A stretch of DNA of 44,408 nt, taken from contig JAZTWF010000026.1 of the NCBI GenBank assembly GCA_045635725.1, positions 1-44,408 of the forward strand, read 5' to 3'. The notes below the pieces were generated by a model. It saw only the letters and a program-made list of their open reading frames with translations, had not been told where the DNA came from and did not search any database. The stretch's first letter is position 1. Each line of letters begins with the position of its first letter. Shown in pieces: positions 44,351 to 44,408 of the stretch. The DNA is from Candidatus Scatosoma sp. (GTDB lineage: Bacteria > Bacillota > Clostridia > Christensenellales > Borkfalkiaceae). Made by a program: the position numbers and the translations under genes.

Positions 44351-44408
44351 TTTTTTAATAAAGTTGGTACGAAGCTTAGGTTCGGTTTCGGGTTGAATAC
44401 CCTGCTCC

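Noticed and set aside
44348-44408. Possible 3' end of a minus-strand gene (...EQGIQPETEPKLRTNFIKK-stop) at the window edge.
   Set aside because: Only 19 codons are visible and no family can be assigned. It is consistent with the bidirectional terminator but is not supportable as a feature.

Overview
This 44.4 kb window is a moderate-GC Firmicutes chromosome segment, Clostridia-like because the SCIFF ranthipeptide pair is a hallmark of that class. I count about 38 protein genes and found no rRNA, tRNA, CRISPR array, transposase or integrase.

**Gene content.** Most genes are housekeeping and lie on the minus strand.
- Left block (minus strand, listed by ascending coordinate, i.e. 3'->5' of the gene direction): MBL-hydrolase start, relA, recJ, secF, secD, scfB, scfA, a small membrane protein, yajC, an ABC-2 exporter pair, then tgt.
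- Plus-strand island: polar amino-acid ABC importer (binding protein, permease, ATPase).
- Tightly coupled four-gene unit: BmrC-like and BmrD-like ABC half-transporters, an acyltransferase and a GT8 glycosyltransferase.
- Further minus-strand genes: an SbcE/SbcF (YhaN/YhaO)-like pair, clpB, a zinc-ribbon microprotein and cls.
- Plus-strand rubrerythrin.
- Co-directional eight-gene array: comM, dprA, topA, trmFO, hslV, hslU, hisS, trxA.
- A truncated FAD-oxidoreductase remnant and rplS.
- Plus-strand oadB-like and oadG-like genes followed by a CDF transporter.
- Many sigma-A-type promoters (mostly 17 bp spacing) and intrinsic terminators can be read directly.

**Most unusual signal.** The feature least explained by gene annotation is a roughly 120 nt intergenic element present twice, at 101-281 and 10121-10280.
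- Each copy is closed by a 14-17 bp stem with the same conserved mismatch.
- Compensatory base changes between the copies occur in two separate helices.
- I could not match it to any RNA family or mobile-element type I know.

**Other items worth follow-up.**
- The SCIFF locus embedded among Sec accessory genes.
- The ABC exporter / acyltransferase / GT8 module.
- A transmembrane hairpin in the middle of the SMC-like ATPase.
- An insertion of about 47 aa in the amino-acid ABC ATPase.
- A rubrerythrin with rubredoxin-like domains at both ends.
- A decarboxylase beta/gamma pair with no alpha or biotin-carrier gene nearby.

**Limits.** All calls come from reading the sequence and the ORF translations by eye. 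No database search was run.
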